Below the pieces are notes generated by a model. The model did not search any database, was not told the DNA's origin, and worked only from the letters and a program-made list of their open reading frames with translations. The position numbers and the translations under genes are program-made. This document shows, piece after piece, positions 7,801-17,740 of a DNA stretch of 64,000 nucleotides. The DNA comes from an uncultured Gemmatimonadaceae bacterium (GTDB lineage: Bacteria > Gemmatimonadota > Gemmatimonadetes > Gemmatimonadales > Gemmatimonadaceae), in the NCBI GenBank assembly GCA_966112585.1, contig CBHWDN010000017.1, positions 35,135-99,134 of the forward strand, read 5' to 3'. Every line of letters starts with the position of its first letter. Positions within the stretch are counted from its first letter, which is position 1.

Positions 7801-8502
7801 CTATTGTGTCGTTCGGAATCTAATCGCCGGCACCAGTCGGCCATGGCGGAGCCGCCAGGCCTGAATGGCGGATTCCGAATCTGCCGAGGAGTCGACCGCC
7901 CCACGATAGACCGGCACCGACTCGTGTACGAGCGACTGACGCGCACCCTGCAGCTCCGACGGCAGCTCGAGCTCTTGATCGGTCACTATCACAATGGCTC
8001 CGCCGCGCGCACGCTCCGAGCGAGCCCACTGTGTCCATGCGGCATGGTCTTCGGGAGTGCTGACGGCATGGCGCGAGGCGCGCAGCAGGTGCACGGTGGG
8101 CGTCACCATCGTGAGGATCTCCCGCGGGCGTCCCGTCTCCCAGGCGCGCATCAGCGTCGCGATCAGATCCACCCGAATACTGGTCCGCCGAATCCGAACA
8201 CCCGCGCGGGCGATGTGCGTTCCGCGGATCGCACCGCGTGATGCGGGCGCTCGATGTCGAAGGTCACCAGCAAGAGCGGCAAGCAGCACACTCACACTGG
8301 CCGGGTCGTTGTGGTGCACGAGAATGCACTCGCTCGGCGCCACGGCAAAGTACACGCGGTCGAGCACGCGCACTGTCGCCGCACAGCGGCTGGACAGACC
8401 GACTTGCCACTCGACGCTGGCATCGCGCAGGGCGAGCAGTGGACGCGCACCAGGGCGCGCGGGCGACGAGTGCGATGATGAGTGCGTTGATGAGGACGGC
8501 AT
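7801..8502 (-). CDS. Degenerate ABC-ATPase-like protein lacking Walker A/B
   Basis: VLDRVYFAVAPSECI...LLAALAG and GGAIVIVT follow an ABC NBD layout, but the P-loop reads HHNDPASVSV. Confidence 0.45.
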   Translation of the reverse strand: MPSSSTHSSSHSSPARPGARPLLALRDASVEWQVGLSSRCAATVRVLDRVYFAVAPSECILVHHNDPASVSVLLAALAGDLRHRAPASRGAIRGTHIARAGVRIRRTSIRVDLIATLMRAWETGRPREILTMVTPTVHLLRASRHAVSTPEDHAAWTQWARSERARGGAIVIVTDQELELPSELQGARQSLVHESVPVYRGAVDSSADSESAIQAWRLRHGRLVPAIRFRTTQ

Positions 8503-8589
8503 GGCGACAGCATGCAATTCGCAACGCGCGCATGTGTCATCATTTCGTTGCACGTTGGATCATTCAAACGCAGATACGAACACCGGCCC

Positions 8590-8647
8590 TTTCAATGACT
8601 CTGAGTCATTGAAACCCGCTCCTTTCAATGACTCTGAGTCATTGAAA
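8590..8647. repeat. Two identical perfect 25-bp palindromes TTTCAATGACTCTGAGTCATTGAAA, 8 bp apart
   Basis: Copies at 8590-8614 and 8623-8647. Confidence 0.95.
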
Positions 8648-8656
8648 TTCCAATGC

Positions 8657-8686
8657 AAAACGGCGACCCCGTTCGGAGTCGCCGTT
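8657..8686 (-). terminator. Rho-independent terminator of pspA
   Basis: Minus strand AACGGCGACTCC-GAAC-GGGGTCGCCGTT running into a T tract. Confidence 0.8.
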
Positions 8687-8706
8687 CTGATCGTGCTGCG
8701 TGCACT

Positions 8707-9558
8707 TCAGGAGCGCGGGTTAATACCGCGCAACTGTTCGATCTCGGCGATGAGGTCCACTTCGCTTGTTTTGTGCTCGGGCGTTGACGCCGGAATGGCC
8801 GCCACGGCTTCGGGTGCGGCTGCCGGTTCCGCGGCACCCGCGGCCAACTGCTTCGCCGCAGCCGGCGCTCCAGCGGGCAACATGCCCATGCGCTGCTTGA
8901 GTGCCATCAGCTGCATGTCTGCCGACGCGCCGCCAGACGCGCGCTCGAGCTGCTTGAACTGACTCGCGAGGTTGTCGCCGCTGAACTCCTCGTCGATTTC
9001 CTGCGCCGCCTGAAGCTGACGTTCATTCGTCGTGATCTTTTCTTCCATGCGAGCGAACGCTTCGAACGCCGAGTTCTCCGACATCCCCGACATCGTCTGC
9101 GAAATGCGCGCCTGAGCTTCGGCACGACGCTGACGCGCCAGCAGCAGGTTCTTCTTTCGCTTCGCCTCTTCGATCTTGTCGTTGAGATCGCGCAGCGAGT
9201 TCTTGAGCTTTTCGGTCTCGAGCTTGTGCGCGTCCCACGTGGTGGCGAGCTGCTGTCCGTGCTCGAGATGCTCCTGCTGACGCACGAGGGCCTGGCGCGC
9301 GAGATCTTCGCGTCCTTCCTGCAGCGCCAACATCGCACGCTTCTCCCAGTCGTCAGCGAGCTTGAACTCGGCGTCGGCCTGGTCCTTCAGGCGCTTTTCA
9401 TCGGCAATCGCGGCGGCCACCTGCTGCTTGGCCTTCGCGAGCTGATTGCGCATGTCGACGATGATCTGATTCAACATCTTCTCGGGGTTTTCCGCCGAGG
9501 AGATGAGGTCGTTCAGGTTCGACTTGATGAGAGTGGACAGGCGATCAAAGATGCCCAT
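8707..9558 (-). CDS. pspA: PspA/IM30 (ESCRT-III-like) family protein with C-terminal extension
   Basis: MGIFDRLSTLIKSNLNDLISSAENPEKML.Q, long coiled coil, AFEAFARMEEKI. Confidence 0.93.
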   Translation of the reverse strand: MGIFDRLSTLIKSNLNDLISSAENPEKMLNQIIVDMRNQLAKAKQQVAAAIADEKRLKDQADAEFKLADDWEKRAMLALQEGREDLARQALVRQQEHLEHGQQLATTWDAHKLETEKLKNSLRDLNDKIEEAKRKKNLLLARQRRAEAQARISQTMSGMSENSAFEAFARMEEKITTNERQLQAAQEIDEEFSGDNLASQFKQLERASGGASADMQLMALKQRMGMLPAGAPAAAKQLAAGAAEPAAAPEAVAAIPASTPEHKTSEVDLIAEIEQLRGINPRS

Positions 9559-9561
9559 GGA

Positions 9562-9966
9562 TCAACGAGCCTCGCGGAAAGCGGCCAGTTCACGGAGATG
9601 CCCCGTGAGCGAAAGTGTCATGCTTTCGAACGCCGCGAGGAATTCTTCGAAGTCCAGATGCGCGAGTTCGAGCGCTTCAGTGAGTACCACGTCATCGCCG
9701 TCGATGCCGTAAGCGCCGTGAAGCAGGTCAGTGGCATTCAACTCGAGCAGCCGACGGCTGAGCGAGGCGGATTCGACGGCTTCGGTGGGGAGCGGCATGA
9801 CCTTCACGCGCAGCACCACGACCGGCGGATTGTGGGTCACGACAACATCGAAATCGAGTGAGCCACTGGGCTTGACCACCCAGAGACCAGGTTCGACTTC
9901 GTGGTGGTTGGCGCCATCGGCACCCAGGCGATCCAGGAAGTCCTGGATGTCTTCACGCGTGACCAT
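9562..9966 (-). CDS. YbjN/CesT-like chaperone-fold protein, co-transcribed with pspA
   Basis: VVLRVKVM, LSRRLLELNA.DLLHGAYGI, L..LDFEEF; 3 nt from the pspA start. Confidence 0.7.
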   Translation of the reverse strand: MVTREDIQDFLDRLGADGANHHEVEPGLWVVKPSGSLDFDVVVTHNPPVVVLRVKVMPLPTEAVESASLSRRLLELNATDLLHGAYGIDGDDVVLTEALELAHLDFEEFLAAFESMTLSLTGHLRELAAFREAR

Positions 9967-10096
9967 GTCTGATTCCCTGTAGGTTCGGATACCGAGCCGT
10001 ACGGCGAGTCGAAGTGATTCGTTTCGACACGCTGAAACGCCCACCTAAGCTACGCCGCGGAGGACCCGGCGACAGCCTGTTCCCCATCGACCACGG

Positions 10097-11029
10097 TCAC
10101 GGACACCGACCGGCGTAGAGTGGCTCGCCCACCCCTTCGCTCAGCAGTAGCACTCGCCTGTCGGGGAGCCAGGTGATCCCCTCGGCGGAGCGTTCATTGA
10201 CGGGAATGGCGCATCGCTGCACGAGCGCTCCCGGCTTTCCAGAGAGCGCGTCCACTTCGAATACGTACACGGCGCCGTACGTGAGCACGACGAGCCGGCG
10301 TTTTCCAGTCGAGTCAGGCGTGCTCAGGCTCGCGTCGGTGACCCAGTCTCGGCCCATCCCGTCCTCGGGCGTGATGGGTAGTGAGTCTTCAATCGCGAGG
10401 GGCACTTCGGTGCTCCATTGCGCGCGCATCAGGCGGTGCAGATGGACGGGACGCTTGCTGCCATCCTGTCGACTCGTCGGTCGCTTGGTGATGAACCAGA
10501 TACTTGTATCCGGCGCAACGTACATCGCTTCGACATCGTGACCACCGTCGGCGAAGCGCACGATGATCGGTGCGGCCGTCGTTACGCTGCCGATGCCAGT
10601 CGGCACAACCGGTTCGGCAACGCGATAGATCTGCAGCGACTTGCGATGTCCTTCGTTGTCACCGACGTCACCGGCGTAGAGACACTGCCCCTCCGGACAC
10701 GGGCCAACGCCAAGTGCTTCCCAGTCGCGATTCTTTGCACCCTGCACGCGCACCACGCCTCGCACATGTCCCTGCGGCGTGAGGGCGAACAGGTCGGGAT
10801 CATTGCCGCTGTCGTTAAGCGCCCACAGCAAACCCGGGGTACTCGGCGACACGACTACTCCTGAGCCTTCGAGCAGCGCACGACTGTCGAGCGTGCCCGT
10901 GCGCTCGACGTCCCGAAGCGGCGTATCGCCGTCGCGCATCCACGGCGTGCGCGAGAAACGCCCTTCGCAGGCGGTAAGCAGGAGCAGTGCCACGCCGACA
11001 CGCAGAGTGCGATCGAAGGAAGCGTTCAC
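10097..11029 (-). CDS. Hypothetical lipoprotein, probable beta-propeller
   Basis: Lipobox LLLLTAC after a GTG start; repeated EGSG/DWEAL/DVEAM/AEGI blade-like motifs; NDSGN and GDVGDN. Confidence 0.65.
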   Translation of the reverse strand: MNASFDRTLRVGVALLLLTACEGRFSRTPWMRDGDTPLRDVERTGTLDSRALLEGSGVVVSPSTPGLLWALNDSGNDPDLFALTPQGHVRGVVRVQGAKNRDWEALGVGPCPEGQCLYAGDVGDNEGHRKSLQIYRVAEPVVPTGIGSVTTAAPIIVRFADGGHDVEAMYVAPDTSIWFITKRPTSRQDGSKRPVHLHRLMRAQWSTEVPLAIEDSLPITPEDGMGRDWVTDASLSTPDSTGKRRLVVLTYGAVYVFEVDALSGKPGALVQRCAIPVNERSAEGITWLPDRRVLLLSEGVGEPLYAGRCP

Positions 11030-11147
11030 GAGTTGCCGCGCGATTCGAGTGGTGAAATGCAAAGCGCCCGATGCCGAAGCACCGGGCGTTGCAAATGTAC
11101 CGCATTGTCTCACGACGACGGTCGAAGCGTGCGCGTCCCCGAGTGAA

Positions 11148-11939
11148 TCAGGAGCTGCGACGGCGGCGCGCCGCGAAGCCAAGTCCGGCGAGACCAGCGG
11201 CCATGAGCGCGTAGGTCGAGGGCTCCGGCACCGTGGTTTGCGGCGGCAGCTCGAACGTCTGGATCTTCGTTTCAGCGGGTGCCGCGCAGCCCGTGCCCGC
11301 GTACGGCGTCGCCACGATGCCGTTGCCGCTTTCACCCGGCGAGCAATCGAGCGCACCGGTCAGCGACATGCGCGACCAACCCGCCGGTGCACTCCAACCC
11401 GTGTACGCAGAACGGATCATGTTGTTGTCGACGAACAGTGCGAACGGCTGGCTGCCACCCGATGTGGAGTAGCTCAAGCCCGTTTTCCATGCCGGCGAGA
11501 AGTTGAGCGACACCACGCCGTTGTCGACATCCGACATGAGCGTGCCCGTGAGCTGCGCCGAGAATGTGACTGGCGCGCCATTCACGACCGGAGCGACGAA
11601 ATCGATCCACAGATTGAAGTTCAGCGCCGCGTTGCCGTTGAACGAAATCGTGGGATTCGAAAAGGCGTTCGCGTCCATGAACGTGAACTGTCCGAGGTTG
11701 CTCAACGACAGATAGCCGTTCGAGTTCGTCGGGCCAGCGGTCACGTTGTTCACGCCGCTGAACTGAATCGAACCGGTCGACGTGGTATTGAACGTCGACG
11801 TCGTCGGGGAAGCACCATTCACAGTGCAGGACGCCACGGCGACGCAGCCGCGGGTGCTGTAGGTGAACGACGTCTGCGCAGACGCCGTGGATGCCGCGAA
11901 GAGCATCGCAGCGCCAAGGGATCGACGGAGAATGGACAT
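11148..11939 (-). CDS. PEP-CTERM sorting domain protein
   Basis: Signal peptide ending ASAQ; C-terminal VPEPSTYALMAAGLAGLGFAARRRRSS. Confidence 0.93.
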   Translation of the reverse strand: MSILRRSLGAAMLFAASTASAQTSFTYSTRGCVAVASCTVNGASPTTSTFNTTSTGSIQFSGVNNVTAGPTNSNGYLSLSNLGQFTFMDANAFSNPTISFNGNAALNFNLWIDFVAPVVNGAPVTFSAQLTGTLMSDVDNGVVSLNFSPAWKTGLSYSTSGGSQPFALFVDNNMIRSAYTGWSAPAGWSRMSLTGALDCSPGESGNGIVATPYAGTGCAAPAETKIQTFELPPQTTVPEPSTYALMAAGLAGLGFAARRRRSS

Positions 11940-11990
11940 AGGAGTGCGCTCGACCAAAGGATGAGACCAGCGGGATCGAATGGTTGAGTT

Positions 11991-12006
11991 CGCAAGAGCC
12001 TTGCCA
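11991..12006 (-). promoter_or_regulatory. Sigma54 -24/-12 promoter of the first PEP-CTERM gene
   Basis: Minus strand TGGCAAGGCTCTTGCG matches TGGCAC-N5-TTGC with exact spacing. Confidence 0.7.
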
Positions 12007-12044
12007 CGAGCTCTTCAGTACAAGAGGTTGGATAAAATACTGCC

Positions 12045-12060
12045 AATAAACAACTTACGA
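12045..12060 (-). promoter_or_regulatory. IHF-like site TCGTAAGTTGTTTATT
   Basis: AATAAACAACTTA has one mismatch to WATCAANNNNTTR; an identical 16-mer occurs at 30828-30843. Confidence 0.55.
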
Positions 12061-12180
12061 CGAACCCAACCATTTCCAATCGAATGGCTGAGTTCGTCGT
12101 TTTTATGAATCCCTACACATCTGATGGACGGATGCCACAGTCGAGCTGGTTGTGCCACGGCCGCCACAACGCGGGTGGTT

Positions 12181-13059
12181 CTACCCTCGCTTGAGCTCGT
12201 ACAGACGCTCGCGGGCCAGCCGCCGTCCCGTCGGCGTCGCGGCCAGTCCGCCGCCAGCGGTCTCTCGGTAGCGCACATCCATACTGGCGCCGATCTCGCC
12301 CATCGTGTCGATGACCTCATCGGCAGGGATGGCGAACTCGATCCCCGCCATCGCCATCTCGATTGCTGCAAGCGCAATGGCGGCACCAGTCGCGTTGCGG
12401 AAGACGCAGGGGAGCTCGACCAGGCCGCCGAGCGGGTCGCAGACGAGACCAAGGGTGCCTTGTTGCGCAAGCGCCGTGGCGTGACCCACCTGACGCGGCG
12501 AACCGCCCAGCATTTCGACTGCGGCACCAGCCGCCATCCCCGCGGCCGCACCGGTTTCTGCCTGACAACCACCTTCCGCGCCCGACAACGACGCGCGTTC
12601 AGCCACCACGGCGCCGATCAAACCGGCCGTCGCCAGCGCATCGACCACCTGCTCTTCGCCGATACCACGGGCTGCCGCGAGCCCGGTGAGCACGGCGGGC
12701 AGCACGCCGGCGCCGCCGGCAGTTGGCGCCGCGACAATCACACCCATCGCGGCATTCACTTCCTGCACCGCGAGCGCGCGCGCGATCACATCGCGAAACG
12801 GCGTGCCGGCGAGTGGGCCATCCGGACCGGTGCGCAACTTCGCGGCATCACCGCCAACCAAGCCGGACGACGACTTGAGGTCACCGGTCATTCCCCGATC
12901 GACAGCTCCCTTCATCACGTGCATCGCACGCCGCAATGCATCGCGAATCTCCGCGACCGGGCGACCCTGATCTTTTGCTTCCGCTTCGAGTGCAACCGCG
13001 GAGAGTGTCATACCGCGAGACTCGGCGGCGCGAATGGCATCGGCCAGAGAGCGAAACAT
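12181..13059 (-). CDS. sdaAA: L-serine dehydratase, Fe-S type, alpha subunit
   Basis: EVNAAMG.IVAAPTAGGAG, SGAEGGCQAE, GLVCDPLGGLVELPC..RN, YRETAGGGLA. Confidence 0.95.
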   Translation of the reverse strand: MFRSLADAIRAAESRGMTLSAVALEAEAKDQGRPVAEIRDALRRAMHVMKGAVDRGMTGDLKSSSGLVGGDAAKLRTGPDGPLAGTPFRDVIARALAVQEVNAAMGVIVAAPTAGGAGVLPAVLTGLAAARGIGEEQVVDALATAGLIGAVVAERASLSGAEGGCQAETGAAAGMAAGAAVEMLGGSPRQVGHATALAQQGTLGLVCDPLGGLVELPCVFRNATGAAIALAAIEMAMAGIEFAIPADEVIDTMGEIGASMDVRYRETAGGGLAATPTGRRLARERLYELKRG

Positions 13060-13099
13060 CAGCGCGCCTCTTGTTCAACGTCGTGTTCGTGCGTGATCA

Positions 13100-13768
13100 T
13101 CAGGCGCTCACCTTGTCGAGGCGGAACGCCCACGTGACCCAGGGCAACTGACGAATGGCGTCGCGAATGGACTCGTTGGGCTCATGATCCACTTCGATGA
13201 CCATGAAGGCATCGCCGCCGCGTTCCTTACGCGTGAGCTTGAGTGTGGCGATGTTGACGTCGGAATCGGCCAGTAGTGTCGCAATTCGGGCGACCGATCC
13301 TTTGACGTCCTGCGCAACCAGCACAATCGTGTGAAGGTTGCCGGTGACTTCCACCGGATAGCCGTCGATTTCCTGAACGACCACACGACCGGCGCCGAGC
13401 GACGCTCCCACCATCTGCGATTTGCGATCACCACGCTCAAGCGTGATGCGCACCGTATTGGGATGCGCGTCGTCGTCGAGGGTGGTTTTCTCGAAGCGAT
13501 ACTGCAGCCCCTCGCGCTCCATGATGTCGAGGGCGGTACGCAGCCGCTCGTCATCGGGGCGGAAACCCATGAGACCGCCAACGATGGCTTTGTCTGTGCC
13601 GTGTCCTTCGCCGGTTCGGGCGAACGATCCGTGCAGTTCAATGAGTGCTTTTTCGGGCGTGCCGCCAACGAGGCATCGCGCCAGGAGCCCTAAGCGGCAA
13701 GCGCCGGCCGTATGGCTCGAACTCGGCCCAACCATCACCGGGCCGATGATATCAAGTAGAGAGACCAT
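13100..13768 (-). CDS. sdaAB: L-serine dehydratase, Fe-S type, beta subunit (C-terminal ACT domain)
   Basis: DIIGPVMVGPSSSHTAGA, HGSFA.TG.GHGTD. Confidence 0.95.
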   Translation of the reverse strand: MVSLLDIIGPVMVGPSSSHTAGACRLGLLARCLVGGTPEKALIELHGSFARTGEGHGTDKAIVGGLMGFRPDDERLRTALDIMEREGLQYRFEKTTLDDDAHPNTVRITLERGDRKSQMVGASLGAGRVVVQEIDGYPVEVTGNLHTIVLVAQDVKGSVARIATLLADSDVNIATLKLTRKERGGDAFMVIEVDHEPNESIRDAIRQLPWVTWAFRLDKVSA

Positions 13769-13802
13769 CTCCCAATCTAGGGCGCCGCGAGGGAGAACAG
13801 AA

Positions 13803-13836
13803 AGCGGGCGCTCGGCCCGTCGGCCGAACGCCCGCT
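13803..13836 (-). terminator. Hairpin terminator downstream of the second PEP-CTERM gene
   Basis: GC-rich stem AGCGGGCG..CGCCCGCT followed by TTCTGTT on the minus strand. Confidence 0.6.
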
Positions 13837-13871
13837 CAACGTCGTCCCTGCGCAGGTTCGCTTCAATCAGG

Positions 13872-13903
13872 ACCTACAGGAACCTCGTCGTACCTACAGG
13901 AAC
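13872..13903 (+). repeat. 12-bp direct repeat ACCTACAGGAAC, 20-bp period
   Basis: Copies at 13872-13883 and 13892-13903. Confidence 0.8.
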
Positions 13904-14006
13904 ATCTGAACGCACACGTGAATAACGTTCGACTCACGTGTGCATCCACTATACACAACTCGTTCAATCTTTGTTGCCGTTCGGTCCCACAAGACTTTCG
14001 TGTGGC

Positions 14007-14657
14007 TCAGACCGCTCGGCGACGACGCGCCATCGCCAACAATCCCACGAGTCCGCCGGCCATCAACGCGTACGTGCCCGGCTCTGGTACCGTCGAGACC
14101 GTGATGAATCCGCTGAGCGGTACGGCATTCACACCGCCAGTGTTCGTCAGGCTGACGTCGTTCACACGCAGCGTGAAGGACCCAGCGCCCGAGGTGAACA
14201 TCTGCGGCGTGTTGTCGAAGTCGAAGAAGACGCCGCCCTGGTTGCCTTCAACGTTGCCCGAGAGTGTCGCAAGAAAATTCACACTCATCGGGGTGGTGCT
14301 TCCCGGCGCGGTGAAGAGCACGTTGAGCGCGAAGCGATTCGTGGTGCCGGTGCCGAAATTGAACAACGGGGAATTCGCAGGCAGCGAAATCGAACCGAGG
14401 TTGTTGACGTTCGGTGACGCCGGAACATCGCCGATCGCCGCCACTCCGCCCGACGACAGGACGCTGAACGATGAGTTGGTATACGTCAGCGGCCCAAGCA
14501 CGTCCGTGCGTGCGCCACTTGTCGTTTCAGGAGCGCACACCGCCGCGGTGTAGAAGCACCCGTTGGTGTATCCCGTGAATGTGATCTGCGCACTCGCCGG
14601 ACTGGCGAGGGCAACAGCGGCAAGTGTCGCAGCGGACACTCGGGCGAATACGTTCAT
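14007..14657 (-). CDS. PEP-CTERM sorting domain protein (paralog of 11148-11939)
   Basis: Signal peptide ending ASAQ; C-terminal VPEPGTYALMAGGLVGLLAMARRRRAV; RBS AGGAG. Confidence 0.93.
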   Translation of the reverse strand: MNVFARVSAATLAAVALASPASAQITFTGYTNGCFYTAAVCAPETTSGARTDVLGPLTYTNSSFSVLSSGGVAAIGDVPASPNVNNLGSISLPANSPLFNFGTGTTNRFALNVLFTAPGSTTPMSVNFLATLSGNVEGNQGGVFFDFDNTPQMFTSGAGSFTLRVNDVSLTNTGGVNAVPLSGFITVSTVPEPGTYALMAGGLVGLLAMARRRRAV

Positions 14658-14725
14658 GCAAACTCCTGACTGGCGTGGACCCTGCTCCGCAATTGCGGTT
14701 GCGCCTTCGCGCGAGCCAGCTCCAG

Positions 14726-14741
14726 AGCAATGCGTATGCCG
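14726..14741 (-). promoter_or_regulatory. Sigma54 -24/-12 promoter of the second PEP-CTERM gene
   Basis: Minus strand CGGCATACGCATTGCT, with GG-N10-GC spacing. Confidence 0.6.
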
Positions 14742-14744
14742 TAT

Positions 14745-17630
14745 CTACCCAAGCATTGGTTTGAGATAGTGACCGGTATGACTTTCTTTCACGCGCGCCA
14801 CTTGCTCCGGTGTGCCTTGCGCGACGATGGTGCCGCCACGCACGCCGCCTTCCGGTCCGAGATCGACGATCCAGTCTGCGGTCTTGATCACATCGAGATT
14901 GTGCTCAATGACCAAAACCGTGTTGCCGCGATCAACCAGCTTGTGCAGCACGCCGAGCAACACGCGCACATCTTCGAAGTGGAGACCGGTTGTGGGCTCA
15001 TCGAGGATGTAGAGGGTGCGACCCGTATCGCGCTTTGCCAGCTCGGTCGCCAGCTTGACACGCTGCGCCTCGCCTCCGGACAGTGTCGTCGCGCTTTGCC
15101 CCAGATGGATATATCCGAGCCCAACGTCCCGCAGGGTTTCGAGCTTGGGCAGAATGCGTGGTTGATTCTCGAAGACACCACACGCGTCTTCCACCGTGAG
15201 ATCAAGCACTTCTGCGATGCTCAAGCCGCGGAATCGCACCTCGAGTGTCTCGCGATTGAAGCGCTTTCCCTTGCACACGTCGCACGGCACGAAGACGTCG
15301 GGGAGGAAGTGCATTTCGATCTTCACCAACCCATCGCCCTGACAGGACTCGCAGCGCCCGCCCTTCACATTGAAGGAGAAACGTCCCGGCCCATAGCCGC
15401 GAATCTTCGACTCGGGCAGATCGGCGAACAGCTCGCGCACCGGCGTGAACACGCCCGTGTAAGTCGCCGGATTCGAGCGTGGCGTACGACCAATCGGGCT
15501 CTGGTCGATGTCGATGATTTTGTCGAGATGCTCGAGACCGGTGATGCGATTGTGCGTGCCAGGAATCACACGCGCGCGATAGAAATGTCGCGACAGTGAT
15601 TTCTGCAGAATGTCTGTGACGAGCGTACTCTTGCCCGACCCGGAGACACCGGTGACGGCGACAAACAACCCAAGCGGGAAGTCAGCCGTCACATCTTTCA
15701 GGTTATGTTCGCGCGCACCTGCAACCGTGATCATGCGCGACGCATCCACCGGGCGGCGCTTGGCCGGCACCTCAATGGAGCGCTTGCCTTTGAGATACTG
15801 ACCAGTGATCGATGCGGCGGTGTTCGTGACTTGCTTCACCGTGCCGGCGGCAATGATCTCACCGCCGTGCTTCCCAGCGCCCGGGCCCAAGTCGATCAGG
15901 TGATCCGCTTCGCGAATGGTTTCTTCGTCGTGCTCGACAACGATGACCGTGTTGCCCAGATCGCGGAGTTGCTTGAGTGTGGAGAGCAGCCGCCCATTGT
16001 CGCGCTGATGCAGGCCGATGCTCGGCTCATCGAGGATGTACAACACCCCGACCAGTCGCGAACCGATCTGTGTGGCGAGTCGAATGCGCTGCGCTTCGCC
16101 GCCGGAGAGTGATTCGGCGCTGCGATTGAGCGTGAGATAGTCGAGCCCCACATCCACCAGGAAACGCAACCGTTCGCGCACCTCCTTGAGAATCGGCGCC
16201 GCGATGCCCGGATCGAGACCGGGGTGACCGGCCTTTCGCACCGGCACCTCTTCGAAGAACGCGAGCGCATCGACCACGCTCTGCTCGACCACTTCGCCGA
16301 TGTTGCGATTGTGAATCGTGACCGCGAGCGACTCGGCGCGAAGTCGCCGCCCATCGCAGGTGGGACACGGCGCCGCGACCATGTACTGCTCGAGTTCCAT
16401 CCGCACACCGTCGGAGCTCGATTCGTCGTAGCGACGCTGCACCTGCGTGACGATTCCTTCCCAGGTGCTTTCGGCCTTGGCGGCGGTCTTCGCCGTCCTG
16501 GAACTCCTGGCGGCTTTCTTGACACCGCTGCGTGGCGGCGGAGGCGCATCACTCACGCCGTAGAGCAGCTGCTGCCGAACCTTGCCGCCGATCTTTCCCC
16601 ACGGCGTGTTGAGGTCGAACCCCAATTGCCTGGCGAGACCAGGAAGAATGACTTTGCGGAGATACCCGTCGGGCTCACCCCACGGCAACACCACGCCTTC
16701 AAGAATGGAGATCGTGGGATCGCCAAGAATGAGCTCTTCGCTCACACTGCGTGTCGTGCCGAGACCACTGCACGTTTCGCAGGCGCCGAAAGGCGAATTG
16801 AAGGAGAAGTGCCGCGGCTCGAGCTCAGGCATCGAGATGCCGCAGTTCGGGCAGCCGTATCGCTCCGAGAAAAGCTCCGTTGTTGGCGATGCTCCATCGT
16901 GGCGCACGATTTCAGCGAGCCCTTCGGCCAGTCGCAGCGCTGTTTCGATGGAATCGGTGATACGACCGCGATCTTCAGTGCGCACGACGAGTCGGTCGAC
17001 AATCACTGAGATGGAGTGATTGGCGCGACGATTGAGCTTCGGCGGATTCGCAAGCTCGATGAGTTCGCCGTCCACGATGGCGCGCACAAAGCCCTGCTTG
17101 CGAGCGCCTTCGAACAGCTCGCGAAACTCCCCCTTTCGCTCCTGCACGAGCGGCGAGCGGATCTCGATGCGCGTGCCATCGGGCCACGCCAACACCTGCT
17201 CGGCGATCTGCACTGGGCTCTGCCGCTGCACCGGTCGTCCGCAATTCGGACAATGCGGCGTGCCCGAGCGCGCATAGAGCAGACGCAGATAGTCGTAGAT
17301 CTCCGTGACCGTGCCGACCGTGGAGCGCGGGTTGTGTCCGGCCGACTTCTGCTCGATCGAAATCGCCGGCGAGAGTCCCTCGATAGCGTCGACATCGGGC
17401 TTTTCCATGAGCCCGAGGAACTGACGTGCATACGCGGAAAGCGACTCGACGTAGCGTCGCTGCCCTTCGGCGTAGATCGTGTCGAATGCGAGCGACGACT
17501 TACCCGACCCCGAAAGGCCGGTGATCACCGTCAGCTTGTCGCGCGGAATGGTGACACTGACGTTTCGCAGGTTGTGCTCGCGGGCACCACGCACCACGAG
17601 CGCATCGGACGGCTTCACGGATTCGGCCAT
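14745..17630 (-). CDS. uvrA: Excinuclease ABC subunit A
   Basis: GAREHNL, two GxSGSGKS Walker A motifs, LSGGEAQR twice, Zn fingers; start placed at MAESVKPS. Confidence 0.98.
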   Translation of the reverse strand: MAESVKPSDALVVRGAREHNLRNVSVTIPRDKLTVITGLSGSGKSSLAFDTIYAEGQRRYVESLSAYARQFLGLMEKPDVDAIEGLSPAISIEQKSAGHNPRSTVGTVTEIYDYLRLLYARSGTPHCPNCGRPVQRQSPVQIAEQVLAWPDGTRIEIRSPLVQERKGEFRELFEGARKQGFVRAIVDGELIELANPPKLNRRANHSISVIVDRLVVRTEDRGRITDSIETALRLAEGLAEIVRHDGASPTTELFSERYGCPNCGISMPELEPRHFSFNSPFGACETCSGLGTTRSVSEELILGDPTISILEGVVLPWGEPDGYLRKVILPGLARQLGFDLNTPWGKIGGKVRQQLLYGVSDAPPPPRSGVKKAARSSRTAKTAAKAESTWEGIVTQVQRRYDESSSDGVRMELEQYMVAAPCPTCDGRRLRAESLAVTIHNRNIGEVVEQSVVDALAFFEEVPVRKAGHPGLDPGIAAPILKEVRERLRFLVDVGLDYLTLNRSAESLSGGEAQRIRLATQIGSRLVGVLYILDEPSIGLHQRDNGRLLSTLKQLRDLGNTVIVVEHDEETIREADHLIDLGPGAGKHGGEIIAAGTVKQVTNTAASITGQYLKGKRSIEVPAKRRPVDASRMITVAGAREHNLKDVTADFPLGLFVAVTGVSGSGKSTLVTDILQKSLSRHFYRARVIPGTHNRITGLEHLDKIIDIDQSPIGRTPRSNPATYTGVFTPVRELFADLPESKIRGYGPGRFSFNVKGGRCESCQGDGLVKIEMHFLPDVFVPCDVCKGKRFNRETLEVRFRGLSIAEVLDLTVEDACGVFENQPRILPKLETLRDVGLGYIHLGQSATTLSGGEAQRVKLATELAKRDTGRTLYILDEPTTGLHFEDVRVLLGVLHKLVDRGNTVLVIEHNLDVIKTADWIVDLGPEGGVRGGTIVAQGTPEQVARVKESHTGHYLKPMLG

Positions 17631-17740
17631 AGCCAGAAAAACTGAAGGAAACCCGAAGGGGATACAACCCCCGGGGGTGGGAAAGTGACACTCGGGGCGG
17701 GGTCGGGTTCCCGGGGGCGGTCGTCGGTCGTCAGCTGGGC

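Noticed and set aside
8590-8647. CRISPR array
   Set aside because: Only two repeats, an 8-bp spacer and no cas genes.
13918-14553. 211-aa plus-strand ORF
   Set aside because: Antisense to a clear PEP-CTERM gene.
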